This document shows positions 1-10,041 of a stretch of 64,000 nucleotides of DNA, one piece after another (position 1 is the stretch's first letter; the number at the start of each line of letters is the position of its first letter). The notes beneath the pieces were generated by a model. That model was not told the origin of the DNA. It searched no databases and saw only the letters and a program-made list of their open reading frames with translations. This DNA comes from Hyalangium minutum. Lineage in GTDB: Bacteria; Myxococcota; Myxococcia; Myxococcales; Myxococcaceae. The position numbers and the translations under genes were made by a program. Where the stretch lies: assembly GCF_000737315.1 (NCBI RefSeq), contig NZ_JMCB01000024.1, positions 62,001 to 126,000 of the forward strand, given 5' to 3'.

Positions 1-1
1 C

Positions 2-721
2 TGGGAGACTCTGCGGGGACTCGACACCGAGGGTGCCGCCACCCTGGCCGAAGCCGAGGCCACGGCGCTGGTGGCCCAGGGACGGCGCGCCGAGGCGCTG
101 GCGCAGCTGAAGAAGCTCTTCGCGGAGGCGGACCCAAGCAGCCGCGCCGAGGCCGCCGAGGTCTACGCGCGGGTCGCCCACGGTGAGAAGGGCGTCGACC
201 CCGAGGAGCTCATCGCGGTGCTCGAGGCGGAGGGGGGTCAGCAGGAGGAGGAGTCATCGAAGCGGTGGGAGCTCCGCGCGCGAGCGGGGCTGATCCCCGA
301 GGACGCACCCGACATGCCGATGCTGCGCTTCATGTCCTCCGTAGGCCGCGATCCCAAGGCGGCCGTGGACATGGCCCCCCAGTTGAAACCCGCGCTGCTC
401 CGAGCGCTCGGTGGAGCGGGCTGGGCGTTGGCCTACGGCGAAGCGGTGCGCACCGGCGCGACGGAGCCCGAGCAGGCCCTGGCCAAGGCGTACCTGCTGG
501 AGCCACACAGCCTGGAGGTGTTCCGCCAGTTCGTGCGCGGAGAGAGCGTCTCCCTCGAAGCGGCCGAGCTGACACCGGAGTTTCGCGCCGCAGCCTATCT
601 CGTGCGCTCACGCAACACGGCCCTGCCCTCGGAGGAGCGGCGGCGCTTGGTGGAACTGGCCCGGCGCGATGATCTGCTCCACAGTCCTGTCAGCGAGGCG
701 ATCGCATCATGGGCACCGTGA
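2..721 (+). CDS. Hypothetical helical protein, 5'-truncated by the window edge
   Basis: Frame is open from base 2 (WETLRGLDTEG...) through the 71..721 ORF; GC3-rich codons; stop overlaps the ATG of the next gene. Confidence 0.7.
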   Translation, partial: WETLRGLDTEGAATLAEAEATALVAQGRRAEALAQLKKLFAEADPSSRAEAAEVYARVAHGEKGVDPEELIAVLEAEGGQQEEESSKRWELRARAGLIPEDAPDMPMLRFMSSVGRDPKAAVDMAPQLKPALLRALGGAGWALAYGEAVRTGATEPEQALAKAYLLEPHSLEVFRQFVRGESVSLEAAELTPEFRAAAYLVRSRNTALPSEERRRLVELARRDDLLHSPVSEAIASWAP

Positions 722-2172
722 CTTCTCCGAGCACTCCGCGGCGGGCGCTGCTGACGCTCGTGCTCTGGGCCGGCTTCTGGATATTGGGGCTCGCGGTGGT
801 CGCCGCGCTCGCGTGGGTGCCCATCGCCGAGAGCCTCTACTCGGGCGGACTGGGGTGGGCGGGCATCTTCTCCGCCGCGGGCGCGCTCACCGTGCTCTGG
901 GCGCTGCGGCCCCGCTGGTCGTTCCAGAAGCATCAGCAGGACGACGTGGAGTACCTGTCCCCGGAGCGCTTCCCCGCCCTGCACGCGCTGGTCGAGGACG
1001 TGGCCAAGCGCGTGGGCTCGCGGGTGCCGCGCAAGGTGTACCTGGCGGATCAGACCACCGCCTTCATCACCATGCAGCGGCGCTGGCTCGGCCTGCGGCG
1101 CGAGGCCATCGTCGGGGTGGGCTTCCCGCTGTTCGCCATCCTCTCGCGCGAGGAGCTGGCCGCCGTGCTCGCGCACGAGTTCGGCCACCACACGGGCGGA
1201 GACCTGACGCTCGGCCCGTGGGTGTACCGCACGCGATCCGCCATCGCCTCGGCGGTGGACACGCTGGAGGACTCGGCCTTCTTCCTGGACGTACCCTTCC
1301 GCCTCTACGGCCAGATGTTCCTCCGGGTGTCGGGCGCCGTGTCCCGACAGCAGGAGCTGGCCGCGGACGCCCTGTCGGCCAAGACGTGCGGGGCCGACGC
1401 CGCCGCTCGCGCGCTCCACAAGGTGCACGTGCTGGCGCCGCTGTGGAGCGCCTACCTGCACCACGACGTCATCCCGATCATCGAGAAGAGCGTGCGCGTC
1501 CCCTTGCTGGACGGATTCAAGACCTTCCTCCAGGAGAAGACCTGGCGCGCGGAGATCACCCATGACATCGAGGAGGAACTCCGCCGCCCGCCGTCACCCT
1601 GGGACTCGCACCCTCCCTTCGAGGAGCGGCTGAGCTCGCTGGGCCACGAGGGCCCCCGCGAGGGAGAGCCCCTGCCGCTCCAGGAGTTCGAGGCCGGAGG
1701 CTGCATCGATCTGCTCGGGGGCGCAGCCGCCGCGGAGGAGGTCTTCTACGAGCAGAAGACGCGCGGCAGCTTGGTCCACCTGAAGTGGGAGGAGCTGGGC
1801 GAGAAGATCCTCCTACCGGAGATCTCCAAGCACCTCACGGGTGGTGCGCTGGATCCACGCCGCACGCCGCTGACCTCCCTGCCGGAGCTGCTGCGCGAGG
1901 GCTCCACGCTCTGGGACCGGGTGCGGCCCCCGGGGCTGGACATCCTCTCTCCCGAGGCGAAGCGCCTGCGTGCCCGTCAGGTGCTGGTGCAGTGGCTGGC
2001 CGCGGCGTTGGTCGAGCGCGGCTTCGTGGCGGAGCTCCGTCCGGGCATGCACCTGCGGCTTCAGCACGAGGGCCACTTCGTGGAGCCCGCCTCCGTGGTG
2101 GACTGGCTCTCCAAGGGCGTGTGGACGGACGAGCAGTACCGCACCTGGAGCAGCCTCATCGAGCAGCTCTGA
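709..2172 (+). CDS. M48 family (HtpX-like) membrane zinc metalloprotease
   Basis: N-terminal TM helices, LAHEFGH zincin motif, later QQELAAD third-ligand motif and SHPPFEER C-terminal motif typical of M48. Confidence 0.88.
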   Translation: MGTVTSPSTPRRALLTLVLWAGFWILGLAVVAALAWVPIAESLYSGGLGWAGIFSAAGALTVLWALRPRWSFQKHQQDDVEYLSPERFPALHALVEDVAKRVGSRVPRKVYLADQTTAFITMQRRWLGLRREAIVGVGFPLFAILSREELAAVLAHEFGHHTGGDLTLGPWVYRTRSAIASAVDTLEDSAFFLDVPFRLYGQMFLRVSGAVSRQQELAADALSAKTCGADAAARALHKVHVLAPLWSAYLHHDVIPIIEKSVRVPLLDGFKTFLQEKTWRAEITHDIEEELRRPPSPWDSHPPFEERLSSLGHEGPREGEPLPLQEFEAGGCIDLLGGAAAAEEVFYEQKTRGSLVHLKWEELGEKILLPEISKHLTGGALDPRRTPLTSLPELLREGSTLWDRVRPPGLDILSPEAKRLRARQVLVQWLAAALVERGFVAELRPGMHLRLQHEGHFVEPASVVDWLSKGVWTDEQYRTWSSLIEQL

Positions 2173-2256
2173 GGCCGGAGTGGGCTGGCGGACACGGTCC
2201 CCCACGGGCAGACTCGCGTCCACTTCGGATCCACCCCGCCTGCTCGGAGCTGAGCC

Positions 2257-4794
2257 ATGTCCACCTCCACCCGAGAAGCCCTCCCCGAGCCCCTGACGGG
2301 CACGCCCTCGTTCCTCCTGTTCGGCGCGTGGGAGGCGGGAGGCGCGACATACGAGGTCGCCAGCCGCAGCCGGCTCGACACGCGCCAGGTCATCCCCTAC
2401 TTCGAGCACGCGGGCCAGCTGCACGTGGGTGTGCTCCAGCGCCGCCGTGCCTCCCGGGCGGTGCGCGGAGCCCCCTTGGTGGGGCTGGAGCCCGTGGGCA
2501 TCGACTTCGCGGGCGTGGACGAGACCGGGGACATCCTCGAGTACGGCCGATCCGTCTTCAACGCGCGCACCCACGTCACCTTGGACGAGCGGCGCCTCAA
2601 GATTCCCCTGCCCACCTACGCGCGCTCCATCGGCTACCTCACCGAGCTGGCACTGCCCCTCTTCGTCGCAGTGAACCCACCTCTGTCAGCGGACATTGAC
2701 GTGGAGTGGGATGGCGCGCGCCACCGTCTCCTCTTCCGCCCCGTGCAGGCGCTCCTCCAGGAGCTGGAGTCCGGCGCCCATGCCCACAGTGAGGACCTCG
2801 TCCTGCTGCTGCGCGGCCTCGTGGGACCGAAGGCTGCTTCCCGGAGCGCTCCTGCGGAGGACTCTCCCGGCGCCCAGGCCCTGCTGTCACGCGCGGACGA
2901 GCGCGTCTGGGATGCGGCCCGGCTCGCACACTTCGCTGAGCGAGGGCTCGATGCGGAGACAGCCGCCGGGTTCCGGAGACGAGGATCTCCCACGGGCGCG
3001 GACCTGCGCTTCCTCCGCGCTCACCGCGTCCACCTGGATGGCCAGTGGTGGGAAGTCGTCACGCCTGGCACGGGCCAGTCCGTCGTGGTCCTCCCCTTCG
3101 TGCGCCACGGCGGCGAGACGTACTTCCTGCTCTGGTCCGAGATCCGCCCCGCCGTGCTGGAGCGTCGCCTGCTCCAGCCGCTGTACGACGTGCCCATCCA
3201 CCCCCGCTACGGGAACGCCACGGGCTTCTTCCTCTCCGAGACCGAGGCCCGGGCGCTGGAGTCCAACACGGCACTCCCGGGGCTGGTGGAGCGGAGGCTG
3301 AGCGCGGCGCTTGGCCAGCCCGTGGGCGTGCGCTCGCTCCAGCGGCTCGGGCCCGGCGCGGAACCCGCCCCCACCGTGAGCAGCGAGGTGCGCCATCGCG
3401 TCGCCTGTGAGCTGGACGTGTCGCGGCTCCAGGAGCTGCCGGAGGATGTGTTCCTCATCCGTGCCCCCGAGCTGGCGCGCGCGGTGGCCGAGGGCCGGGT
3501 GCGCGATCCGATCATCGTCTCCGGGCTGCTCTCGATGGGCGGGGAGCTGGGCCTGGACCCCTTCCGCGAAGCCCGCACCGCACCGGTGGAGGCCCGGAAC
3601 GCATTCCTCGAGACGATGACGCACGGCTCGACGGTGCAGCGGCGCCTGCAGAGCTACTCCTCCATCGAACAGGAGCAGCTCGAGGCTCCCACCTACGCGC
3701 GGCTGATGACGCTGCTGCAGCACGAGTACGGCGTGCGCGTGGCCTATCCGCAGAACGAGGCGGACCGATCCTTCTTCAAGGCCGCCTTCCGCGTCTTCAT
3801 GGCCGCCGATCGCGGCGAGAACCGGGCGCTCCAGGGGCTGCACTGGTCCCATGACGCGTTCCACTTCTCGCTGGGCAACTACACGCTCCCCGGCCCCGTG
3901 GACTTCGAGCGCTGGTATGTGGAGGGCGAGCCCATCCCGCCCACTCCACCGGCCGAGGGCCCCGTGTGGGAGCAGTACGCCCGCGCGCTGAAGGCCGCAG
4001 AAGACGAGGCCACCTTCTTCAGCTTCTGGACGCTGTACCACGAGAAGTTCTCGCTGAGCCGGTACGTGAGCTCGCTCACCTACTACGCGGCGCTGCGGGA
4101 CATGGGCATCACGGATCGCCCGACGAGCCGGGCCATCTTCGACGCGGTGACGAGCCGCGCGGAGATCCCACCCGAGGTGGAGCGCAACGAGGTGTACCGG
4201 AGCCGCAAGGAGGTGCGGGATCTCTTCGAGTACATGCGCGGCTTCCGCGACTACCACCTGAAGGACATCAAAGAGGCCTGGAAGTACGCCACGCGCGACA
4301 TCTACCGGGGCTCCTTCCTGCGCTTCAGGCTCTATTCAGGAGACGCCGACTCGTACGTGCGCGGCGTGAAGGCCTTCCAGTCCCGGCTGGACGCATACCC
4401 ACCGGGCCTCAACCCGCTGCTCGCCCAGTGCGCGGACGTCCGCGTGGCGCTGGCGCTGCGTGTGTTCGATGGCACCAAGGCGCTGCGCCTGGTCCGCAAG
4501 GCCCTGGGGGGCGCGGGCGAGACCCACCGGCAGCGCCGGAGTGACTTCCTGCACAGCGTGGCCGAGCCTTACTTCACGGAGCTGGAGGCGCAGCAACGCG
4601 CACTGGAGGCGCTCCGGGCCCGGCTGACAAACGCGGAGATGGTGCCGCTCAACGAGCGGCTCCACGCGGACATCCAGGCCCTGGCCGCCACAGTGGAAGC
4701 GCTGCGCGGCCGGCTCTGGGATCAGGTGGCTCAGACGGGCCTGCTCTCCGCCGAGGCCGTCGCCGCCGAGCGCGTCCGCGAGCTGCCGCGCTGA
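2257..4794 (+). CDS. 845-aa hypothetical protein: two degenerate Nudix-like folds plus an uncharacterised C-terminal His/Asp-motif domain
   Basis: Long GC3-biased ORF. Segments ARSIGYLTE and PAPTVSSE resemble the SPG..E loop of ADP-sugar Nudix proteins, but there is no intact Nudix box. C-terminal half contains HWSHDAFH. Confidence 0.6.
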   Translation: MSTSTREALPEPLTGTPSFLLFGAWEAGGATYEVASRSRLDTRQVIPYFEHAGQLHVGVLQRRRASRAVRGAPLVGLEPVGIDFAGVDETGDILEYGRSVFNARTHVTLDERRLKIPLPTYARSIGYLTELALPLFVAVNPPLSADIDVEWDGARHRLLFRPVQALLQELESGAHAHSEDLVLLLRGLVGPKAASRSAPAEDSPGAQALLSRADERVWDAARLAHFAERGLDAETAAGFRRRGSPTGADLRFLRAHRVHLDGQWWEVVTPGTGQSVVVLPFVRHGGETYFLLWSEIRPAVLERRLLQPLYDVPIHPRYGNATGFFLSETEARALESNTALPGLVERRLSAALGQPVGVRSLQRLGPGAEPAPTVSSEVRHRVACELDVSRLQELPEDVFLIRAPELARAVAEGRVRDPIIVSGLLSMGGELGLDPFREARTAPVEARNAFLETMTHGSTVQRRLQSYSSIEQEQLEAPTYARLMTLLQHEYGVRVAYPQNEADRSFFKAAFRVFMAADRGENRALQGLHWSHDAFHFSLGNYTLPGPVDFERWYVEGEPIPPTPPAEGPVWEQYARALKAAEDEATFFSFWTLYHEKFSLSRYVSSLTYYAALRDMGITDRPTSRAIFDAVTSRAEIPPEVERNEVYRSRKEVRDLFEYMRGFRDYHLKDIKEAWKYATRDIYRGSFLRFRLYSGDADSYVRGVKAFQSRLDAYPPGLNPLLAQCADVRVALALRVFDGTKALRLVRKALGGAGETHRQRRSDFLHSVAEPYFTELEAQQRALEALRARLTNAEMVPLNERLHADIQALAATVEALRGRLWDQVAQTGLLSAEAVAAERVRELPR

Positions 4795-5613
4795 TCAGCG
4801 CCCGTTCCCTCCGGGCGTGGAGTCCTTGCTGAACCCGAGCCCCTCGGACACCTCGGGGACACTCAGCTGGCGCCACGCTCCCAGGGGCACATCCAGCGCC
4901 ACGCTCCCCACCGCCTCGCGGTGCAGGGCCTTCACCGGGTGCCCCACCGCCGCGAGCATGCGCTTCACCTGGTGGTGACGGCCCTCGGTGAGCACCAGCT
5001 CCACCCGCTCCGGCCCGAGCAGCCGCGCTCCGGCGGGGCGCGTGGGCCCGTCATCCAGCACCAGTCCCTCTCGGAGCCGCCGAAGGGCCTCCTCCGAGGG
5101 CCGCCCCGCCACCTCCGCCACGTAGCGCTTGGGCAAGTGCGTCTCCGGGGAAGTGCCGTGCTGCACCACCTGCTCGTCATTGGTGAAGAGCAGAAGGCCC
5201 GTGGTGTCGCGGTCCAACCTGCCGATGGCGTACCACTCGAAGCCCTGCAGCTCCGCGGGCAGAACGGCGCGCAGCCGGTCGAACACCGTCCCCACGCCCT
5301 CAGGATCCGTCCCCGCGACGATGACTCCTGCGGGCTTGTGGAACATCAGCACGAGCAACGGAGCATCCAGGCTCCGCACCTGCCCATCCACGCGGACCTC
5401 CACCTCCGGGTGCACCGGCGCGAAGGGCTCCCGCTCCACCCGGCCGCCCACCTCCACCCGGCCGTCCCGGATCGCCCGCTCCGCCTCGACGCGAGGCATC
5501 ACGCCCGCCCGGCCGAGCGCACGCGCCAGCCAGTCTGCCCTCCCTGCAGGAGGAGGCGCGCCTTGGCGCAGCCGTGCCGCCTCCAGCCATCGCGGTGTCT
5601 TCTTCCGAGCCAA
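4795..5613 (-). CDS. rRNA pseudouridine synthase, RsuA/RluB/E/F family (S4 + catalytic domain)
   Basis: S4-like LARALGRAG..R.EAE..I..GRV, HKPAG, GRLDRDTTGLLL (catalytic Asp), EGRHHQVKRM. Start set at TTG 5613 behind GGAG/GAGG; the ORF track extends to 5925. Confidence 0.92.
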   Translation of the reverse strand: MARKKTPRWLEAARLRQGAPPPAGRADWLARALGRAGVMPRVEAERAIRDGRVEVGGRVEREPFAPVHPEVEVRVDGQVRSLDAPLLVLMFHKPAGVIVAGTDPEGVGTVFDRLRAVLPAELQGFEWYAIGRLDRDTTGLLLFTNDEQVVQHGTSPETHLPKRYVAEVAGRPSEEALRRLREGLVLDDGPTRPAGARLLGPERVELVLTEGRHHQVKRMLAAVGHPVKALHREAVGSVALDVPLGAWRQLSVPEVSEGLGFSKDSTPGGNGR

Positions 5614-5830
5614 GGTCTTCCTCGTCTCCCCCCATTTATTCCCCTTGGAGGGCTCGCGTACACCTCCAGCTTTCATTCCCTCGGCGGCGCCTTCGTTCTC
5701 TGCCGCCTGCTCCGCGGCCAGTGCGCCGCTCAAAGCAGGCAGGGTCATTGCCGTGCCTAGCTTTCCCTCATGTGCGCCGTGCATGCGGCCGGAAGCCGCC
5801 CGGCGGCAGGCGTCATTCACAGGAGGAAAC

Positions 5831-6217
5831 ATGGCCAGCGTCATCGAGGGCAGTGGAATCCAGGACTCGAGCTTCGTGAACACGAAGGGCACGAAGGAGC
5901 AGGGGAAGCGCCTCGCCGGCGTCACCCGAGAGCGCGTCTACCAGCAGGTGGACAGCAAGAAGGGCGAAGTCCTCCAGCGCCTCCACGGGCTGGCTGACAC
6001 GCTTCAAGGCGCGGGCAAGGAAGGCAACCTCGGCGCTGCCCAGTCCCTGGTGGACAGCGCCGCCCAGGTCATCCACCGCGTGTCCGACCGGCTGGAGCGA
6101 GGCTCCACCGAGGAGCTGGTACGAGACGCACAGGCACAGATCCGCCAGCGCCCAGGCGTCTTCATCGCGGGCTGCCTGGCAATCGGTTTCCTCGCGGGCC
6201 GGTTCTTGAAGATCTGA
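5831..6217 (+). CDS. ElaB/YqjD/DUF883-like tail-anchored membrane protein
   Basis: AGGAGG RBS before ATG 5831; helical body; C-terminal RQRPGVFIAGCLAIGFLAGRFLK anchor typical of this family. Confidence 0.75.
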   Translation: MASVIEGSGIQDSSFVNTKGTKEQGKRLAGVTRERVYQQVDSKKGEVLQRLHGLADTLQGAGKEGNLGAAQSLVDSAAQVIHRVSDRLERGSTEELVRDAQAQIRQRPGVFIAGCLAIGFLAGRFLKI

Positions 6218-6228
6218 GGGAGCCCACC

Positions 6229-6711
6229 ATGCAACCTCCTTATGACGGTGGATCGGAACTCCCGGGCTTCCAAGGCTCGCGTCCTCGGAGCACGGCGGGC
6301 CAGGAGCCCTCACGCCCCATCAAGGAGCTCGTCTCCGAGTTCCTCGAGCAGGGACGCCGCCTGGTGCGCGCGGAGGTGACGCTCGCGCGGGCCGAGGTGA
6401 AGGACGAGCTCAAGAAGACCTCCGCAGGCGCCGGACTGGCGGCGGGCGGCGGCGTGGTGGTGCTCCTCGGGGCCATCACCTTCGTTGCCTTCCTCGTCAT
6501 CGCCCTGGCGTACGCGATGCCGCTGTGGCTGTCGGCGCTGCTGGTGGCGGTGTTGTTGCTGGCGGGAGGCGCGGGCCTCACCTGGCTCGGCCTGGAGCGG
6601 CTGAAGACGGTTCACGGCCCCACGAAGACCATTCAAACCCTGAAGGAGGACGGCCAATGGGCGAGCAGGACCATGCACTCCATGAAGTCGCAGCGGCACG
6701 GGCACGCATGA
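6229..6711 (+). CDS. Phage-holin-family (holin-X / YqjE-like) membrane protein
   Basis: LVRAEVTLARAEVKDE, two TM helices and P.KTIQTLKED, the characteristic pattern; lies between the DUF883-like and DUF3618-like genes. Confidence 0.8.
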   Translation: MQPPYDGGSELPGFQGSRPRSTAGQEPSRPIKELVSEFLEQGRRLVRAEVTLARAEVKDELKKTSAGAGLAAGGGVVVLLGAITFVAFLVIALAYAMPLWLSALLVAVLLLAGGAGLTWLGLERLKTVHGPTKTIQTLKEDGQWASRTMHSMKSQRHGHA

Positions 6712-7445
6712 GCGAGCTCGCCGATGAGCTGGCGCACCATGCTCGGCCCGAGCACATGAAGGAGCTCGCTGCGGGGAAGGTGGGCGAGTGGAAAGAGCGT
6801 GCCAAGGAGGCGGTGATGCACAGGACCCAGGAAGTGAAGGACAAGGTAGACACCCCGCGCGGCTGGAGCCTCCTGGGCGCCCTGATTGGAGCAGGCGTGG
6901 GCGGCATCCTCATGAAGAAGGCGTTTGCGATGCGCGAGGAGCGACCCATCGGCGTGCACGGAGGCACTCCCGCCGCGGGCGTGAGCGGTGACATCAGCGC
7001 CATGGGGGGCGACATGCCCATCGGGACCATCACGCACACCGACGTAAACCTGAAGGAGCGGGCCTCGGACGTGGTGCAGACGGTGAAGGGCCGGACGAGT
7101 GACTGGTTCGACCGGGCAGTGGAGAACCAACCGCTGATGCTGGCCCTGGGCACCATGGCGCTGGGCGTGCTCGCTTCGCTGATCATCCCCGTGTCCTTCC
7201 GCGAGCGCCAGCTCATCGAGCCGGCCAAGCGCAAGGCGCAGGAGGGGCTCGCCTCCATGGGCATGGGCAGTTCGGGCACGGGCAGCTCGTACCAAGGCGA
7301 CATCGGGGCCATGCGCAGTTCGACGCTGGGCGCCATGGACCGCTCCGAGGACCTGATGGGGGCCGAGCGTCCGGGCTTGGATGGCTCAGGCTCGCGCATC
7401 CCACCGCCACCGCCGCTGGATGACGTGTCGACGAAGATTCACTGA
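6657..7445 (+). CDS. DUF3618-like membrane protein
   Basis: AAGGAGG RBS then ATG 6657 (MGEQDHALHEVAAARARMSELADEL), two hydrophobic anchors (..NQPLMLALG..). Confidence 0.7.
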   Translation: MGEQDHALHEVAAARARMSELADELAHHARPEHMKELAAGKVGEWKERAKEAVMHRTQEVKDKVDTPRGWSLLGALIGAGVGGILMKKAFAMREERPIGVHGGTPAAGVSGDISAMGGDMPIGTITHTDVNLKERASDVVQTVKGRTSDWFDRAVENQPLMLALGTMALGVLASLIIPVSFRERQLIEPAKRKAQEGLASMGMGSSGTGSSYQGDIGAMRSSTLGAMDRSEDLMGAERPGLDGSGSRIPPPPPLDDVSTKIH

Positions 7446-7528
7446 GAGCCGCTCATAGGCTCCAGGGACCACCGCGTGCGGGGCCAATCGCCCTTGAGGA
7501 GTTTGACTCGCCTCGAGGGCTCTGCCAT

Positions 7529-8779
7529 GTGCGGCGCGTGCTCCCGCCCGAACACCCCTCCGCGTTTCGCGAGCCACCTCCTGGCCCGGTGGTGGCGTTC
7601 ATCCTGAGGCTGGGCCAGGCCCTCCACCAATACGGTACGCCGGCCCACCGCCTGGAGGATCAGCTCCACCAGGTGTCGGAGCGCTTTGGCGTGGCCGCTC
7701 GCTTCTTCTCCACGCCCACGTCCATCTTCGCCTCGTTCGGCCCGCCCGAGGCGCTCCAGACCGGACTCATCCGGGTGGAGCCCGGACAGATGGACCTGGA
7801 GCGGCTGACGCTGCTGGATGGGCTCGCGCATGAGGTCATCCAAGGGAAGATCACCCCCGAGCAGGGCGCCGAGCGGGTGGAGTTCATCCTCCGAGCGCCG
7901 CCTCGCTATGGGCGCGCCATCACGCTGCTCTGCTGGATGCTGGCGGCGGGCGCGGCGGCGCGGCTGTTCGGTGGGGGCCTGCGAGAGATTGGCGTGGCGG
8001 GGCTGAGCAGCCTCGCCATCGGCGTGCTGGATCAGCTCACGGATCGCAGCCCTCGGGCGGCGCGGGTGCTGGAGCCGGTGGCTGCGGTGCTGGCTTCGGC
8101 CCTGGCCGTCACGGCGGCGAGCGTCCTGGGCCCGCTGTCCGTCCAGGTGGCCACGCTGTCGGGGCTCATTGTCCTGCTACCGGGGCTCGGGCTGACGGTG
8201 GCCATCAACGAACTGGCCTCGCGCCACCTCATCTCCGGCGCCTCCCGGCTCACGGCCGCGGCGCTCGTGTTCCTCCAGCTCATCTTCGGCGTCGCGCTGG
8301 GGCAACGGCTGGCCGAGGTACTGCCGCTGCCACCGCTCGCCCCACCTCCCGCGCCGCTGCCGTTCTGGACGGTGGGGGTCTCCCTGGTGGTGGTGGCGCT
8401 CGCGGTGAACGTGCTCTTCCGGGCGCGTCCCGCGGACATCGTGTGGATCGTGGCGGCGGGAGCCCTGGCCTTCGGTGGGGCGCGGCTCGGAGCCCGAGGG
8501 TTGGGCGCGGAGCTGGGAGCCTTCGTGGGGGCGCTGCTGCTCGGCATGGCGAGCAACGCGCTGGCCCGGGTGCGCAACAGGCCGTCCGTCGTCACCATCG
8601 TCCCCGGGATGATGCTGCTGGTGCCGGGGAGCTTGGGCTTCCGCAGCCTGGAGTCTCTGCTGGCACGAGACGTCGTCGCCGGCGTAGGTACGGCCTTCTC
8701 CATGCTGCTGGTGGCAGTGGCCATCGCCGCGGGCCTGCTCTTCGCCAACGCGCTGGTGCCCTCGCGCCGGGTGCTCTGA
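7529..8779 (+). CDS. thrE: Threonine/serine exporter family (ThrE) membrane protein
   Basis: LGQALHQYGTPAHRLED, FFSTPTSIF, LLPGLGLT..INEL and LLVPGSLG motifs; about 10 TM segments. Exact start uncertain. Confidence 0.85.
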   Translation: MRRVLPPEHPSAFREPPPGPVVAFILRLGQALHQYGTPAHRLEDQLHQVSERFGVAARFFSTPTSIFASFGPPEALQTGLIRVEPGQMDLERLTLLDGLAHEVIQGKITPEQGAERVEFILRAPPRYGRAITLLCWMLAAGAAARLFGGGLREIGVAGLSSLAIGVLDQLTDRSPRAARVLEPVAAVLASALAVTAASVLGPLSVQVATLSGLIVLLPGLGLTVAINELASRHLISGASRLTAAALVFLQLIFGVALGQRLAEVLPLPPLAPPPAPLPFWTVGVSLVVVALAVNVLFRARPADIVWIVAAGALAFGGARLGARGLGAELGAFVGALLLGMASNALARVRNRPSVVTIVPGMMLLVPGSLGFRSLESLLARDVVAGVGTAFSMLLVAVAIAAGLLFANALVPSRRVL

Positions 8780-8832
8780 AAGCTATTTCCGAGGAGCTGC
8801 CCAACGTGCGGCTCGACAGCGATGCCTTGAAT

Positions 8833-8850
8833 TACCTGCATATGCAGGTA
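8833..8850. promoter_or_regulatory. Perfect 18-bp palindrome TACCTGCATATGCAGGTA, probable repressor operator
   Basis: Seen directly, 40 nt upstream of the hydrolase ATG (8890) and followed by TTGAC; a MarR gene lies just downstream of the hydrolase. Confidence 0.6.
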
Positions 8851-8889
8851 TATTGACGGGCCTGCCGTTCCTTCCCCAGGAGCCTTCGT

Positions 8890-10041
8890 ATGAAGCGCCG
8901 TGACCTGTTCCTCGGAGTGAGCGTTCTGCTGCTGGGTTGCGCATCGGCACGGCCTCCCGTGACAGAGCCCACCGCAGCCATCTCGACGGCGGCGCCGTTC
9001 AGCGCCACCTCCGAGCTGGCCGTGCAACAAGGCGATGCGGTCTTCGCCAACCATCGGCTCCACAATGGGATGACGCTGCCGGAACTCCGCATCCACTACG
9101 CGACGGCCGGAACTCCGCGCCGGGACGCAACCGGTGCCGTGACCAACGCGGTGTTGCTCCTGCATTGGACGGGTTCGAGCGGCGAGGTGCTTCGGAGCAA
9201 GCCATTCGTCGACGCGCTGTTCGCCCCAGGCAAGCCGCTCGACGCGACGAAGTACTACCTCATCTTCCCGGACAGCCTCGGGCATGGGCGCTCCACCAAG
9301 CCCAGTGACGGCCTCCGAGCCCGGTTCCCCGCCTACGGCTACCGGGACATCGTCGAACTCCAGCACCGGCTCGTCACGGAGACGCTCGGCATCCCTCGCC
9401 TCCACGCCATCGTGGGCCTCTCCATGGGCGGGATGAACGCCTGGCTCTGGAGCGAGCTGTACCCGGACGATGTGGAGGCGGTGATGCCCATCGTCTCGCT
9501 GCCCACGCGCGTCTCGGGCCGCAACCTCCTCTGGCGCCGCTTCGTCACCCATCAGATCCGCAATGACCCGGACTGGAGAGGGGGCGACTACACGGCTCCG
9601 CCTCGCGGCTGGTGTGAGGCGTTTCCTGTCTTCCGCATGCTGCTCGACGGAGTGCCCCACCTCCAGGAGACGATCCCCCATGCGGCTGCGGCGGATGCCT
9701 TCGTTCAGGAGGCCATCACCCAAGCGGCCCGAATGGATGCGAACGACATCCTGTACTCGCTTGAGTCGTCGGCCGACTATGACCCGGAGCCCGCCCTCAG
9801 GGACATCAAGGCCAAGGTCTTCGCGCTCAACTTCTCGGATGACGAGTTCAACCCTGTCTCGCTGGGCACGCTGGAGCGCCTCATGCCGCGCGTGAAGCGA
9901 GGGCGCTTCGTGATCCAACCTGGACACGGAGGCTCGTACGGCCACTTCACGCAAGCCCACCCCGAGCAGTGGGCACGGCATGTCGCGGACTTCATGGCTT
10001 ACGTCGAGGAATCCCCCCAGACGGCAGTTCAGAACGAGTGA
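8890..10041 (+). CDS. Exported alpha/beta hydrolase, homoserine O-acetyltransferase (MetX)-like family, probable lipoprotein
   Basis: Lipobox LLGC; LLLHWTG, DSLGHGRS, GLSMGG nucleophile elbow, DDEFNP Asp and GHFT His. Confidence 0.82.
   Translation: MKRRDLFLGVSVLLLGCASARPPVTEPTAAISTAAPFSATSELAVQQGDAVFANHRLHNGMTLPELRIHYATAGTPRRDATGAVTNAVLLLHWTGSSGEVLRSKPFVDALFAPGKPLDATKYYLIFPDSLGHGRSTKPSDGLRARFPAYGYRDIVELQHRLVTETLGIPRLHAIVGLSMGGMNAWLWSELYPDDVEAVMPIVSLPTRVSGRNLLWRRFVTHQIRNDPDWRGGDYTAPPRGWCEAFPVFRMLLDGVPHLQETIPHAAAADAFVQEAITQAARMDANDILYSLESSADYDPEPALRDIKAKVFALNFSDDEFNPVSLGTLERLMPRVKRGRFVIQPGHGGSYGHFTQAHPEQWARHVADFMAYVEESPQTAVQNE

Noticed and set aside
6229-6711. Prophage lysis gene
   Set aside because: Holin-X family genes in this three-gene context are chromosomal; no endolysin, structural or other phage genes are nearby.
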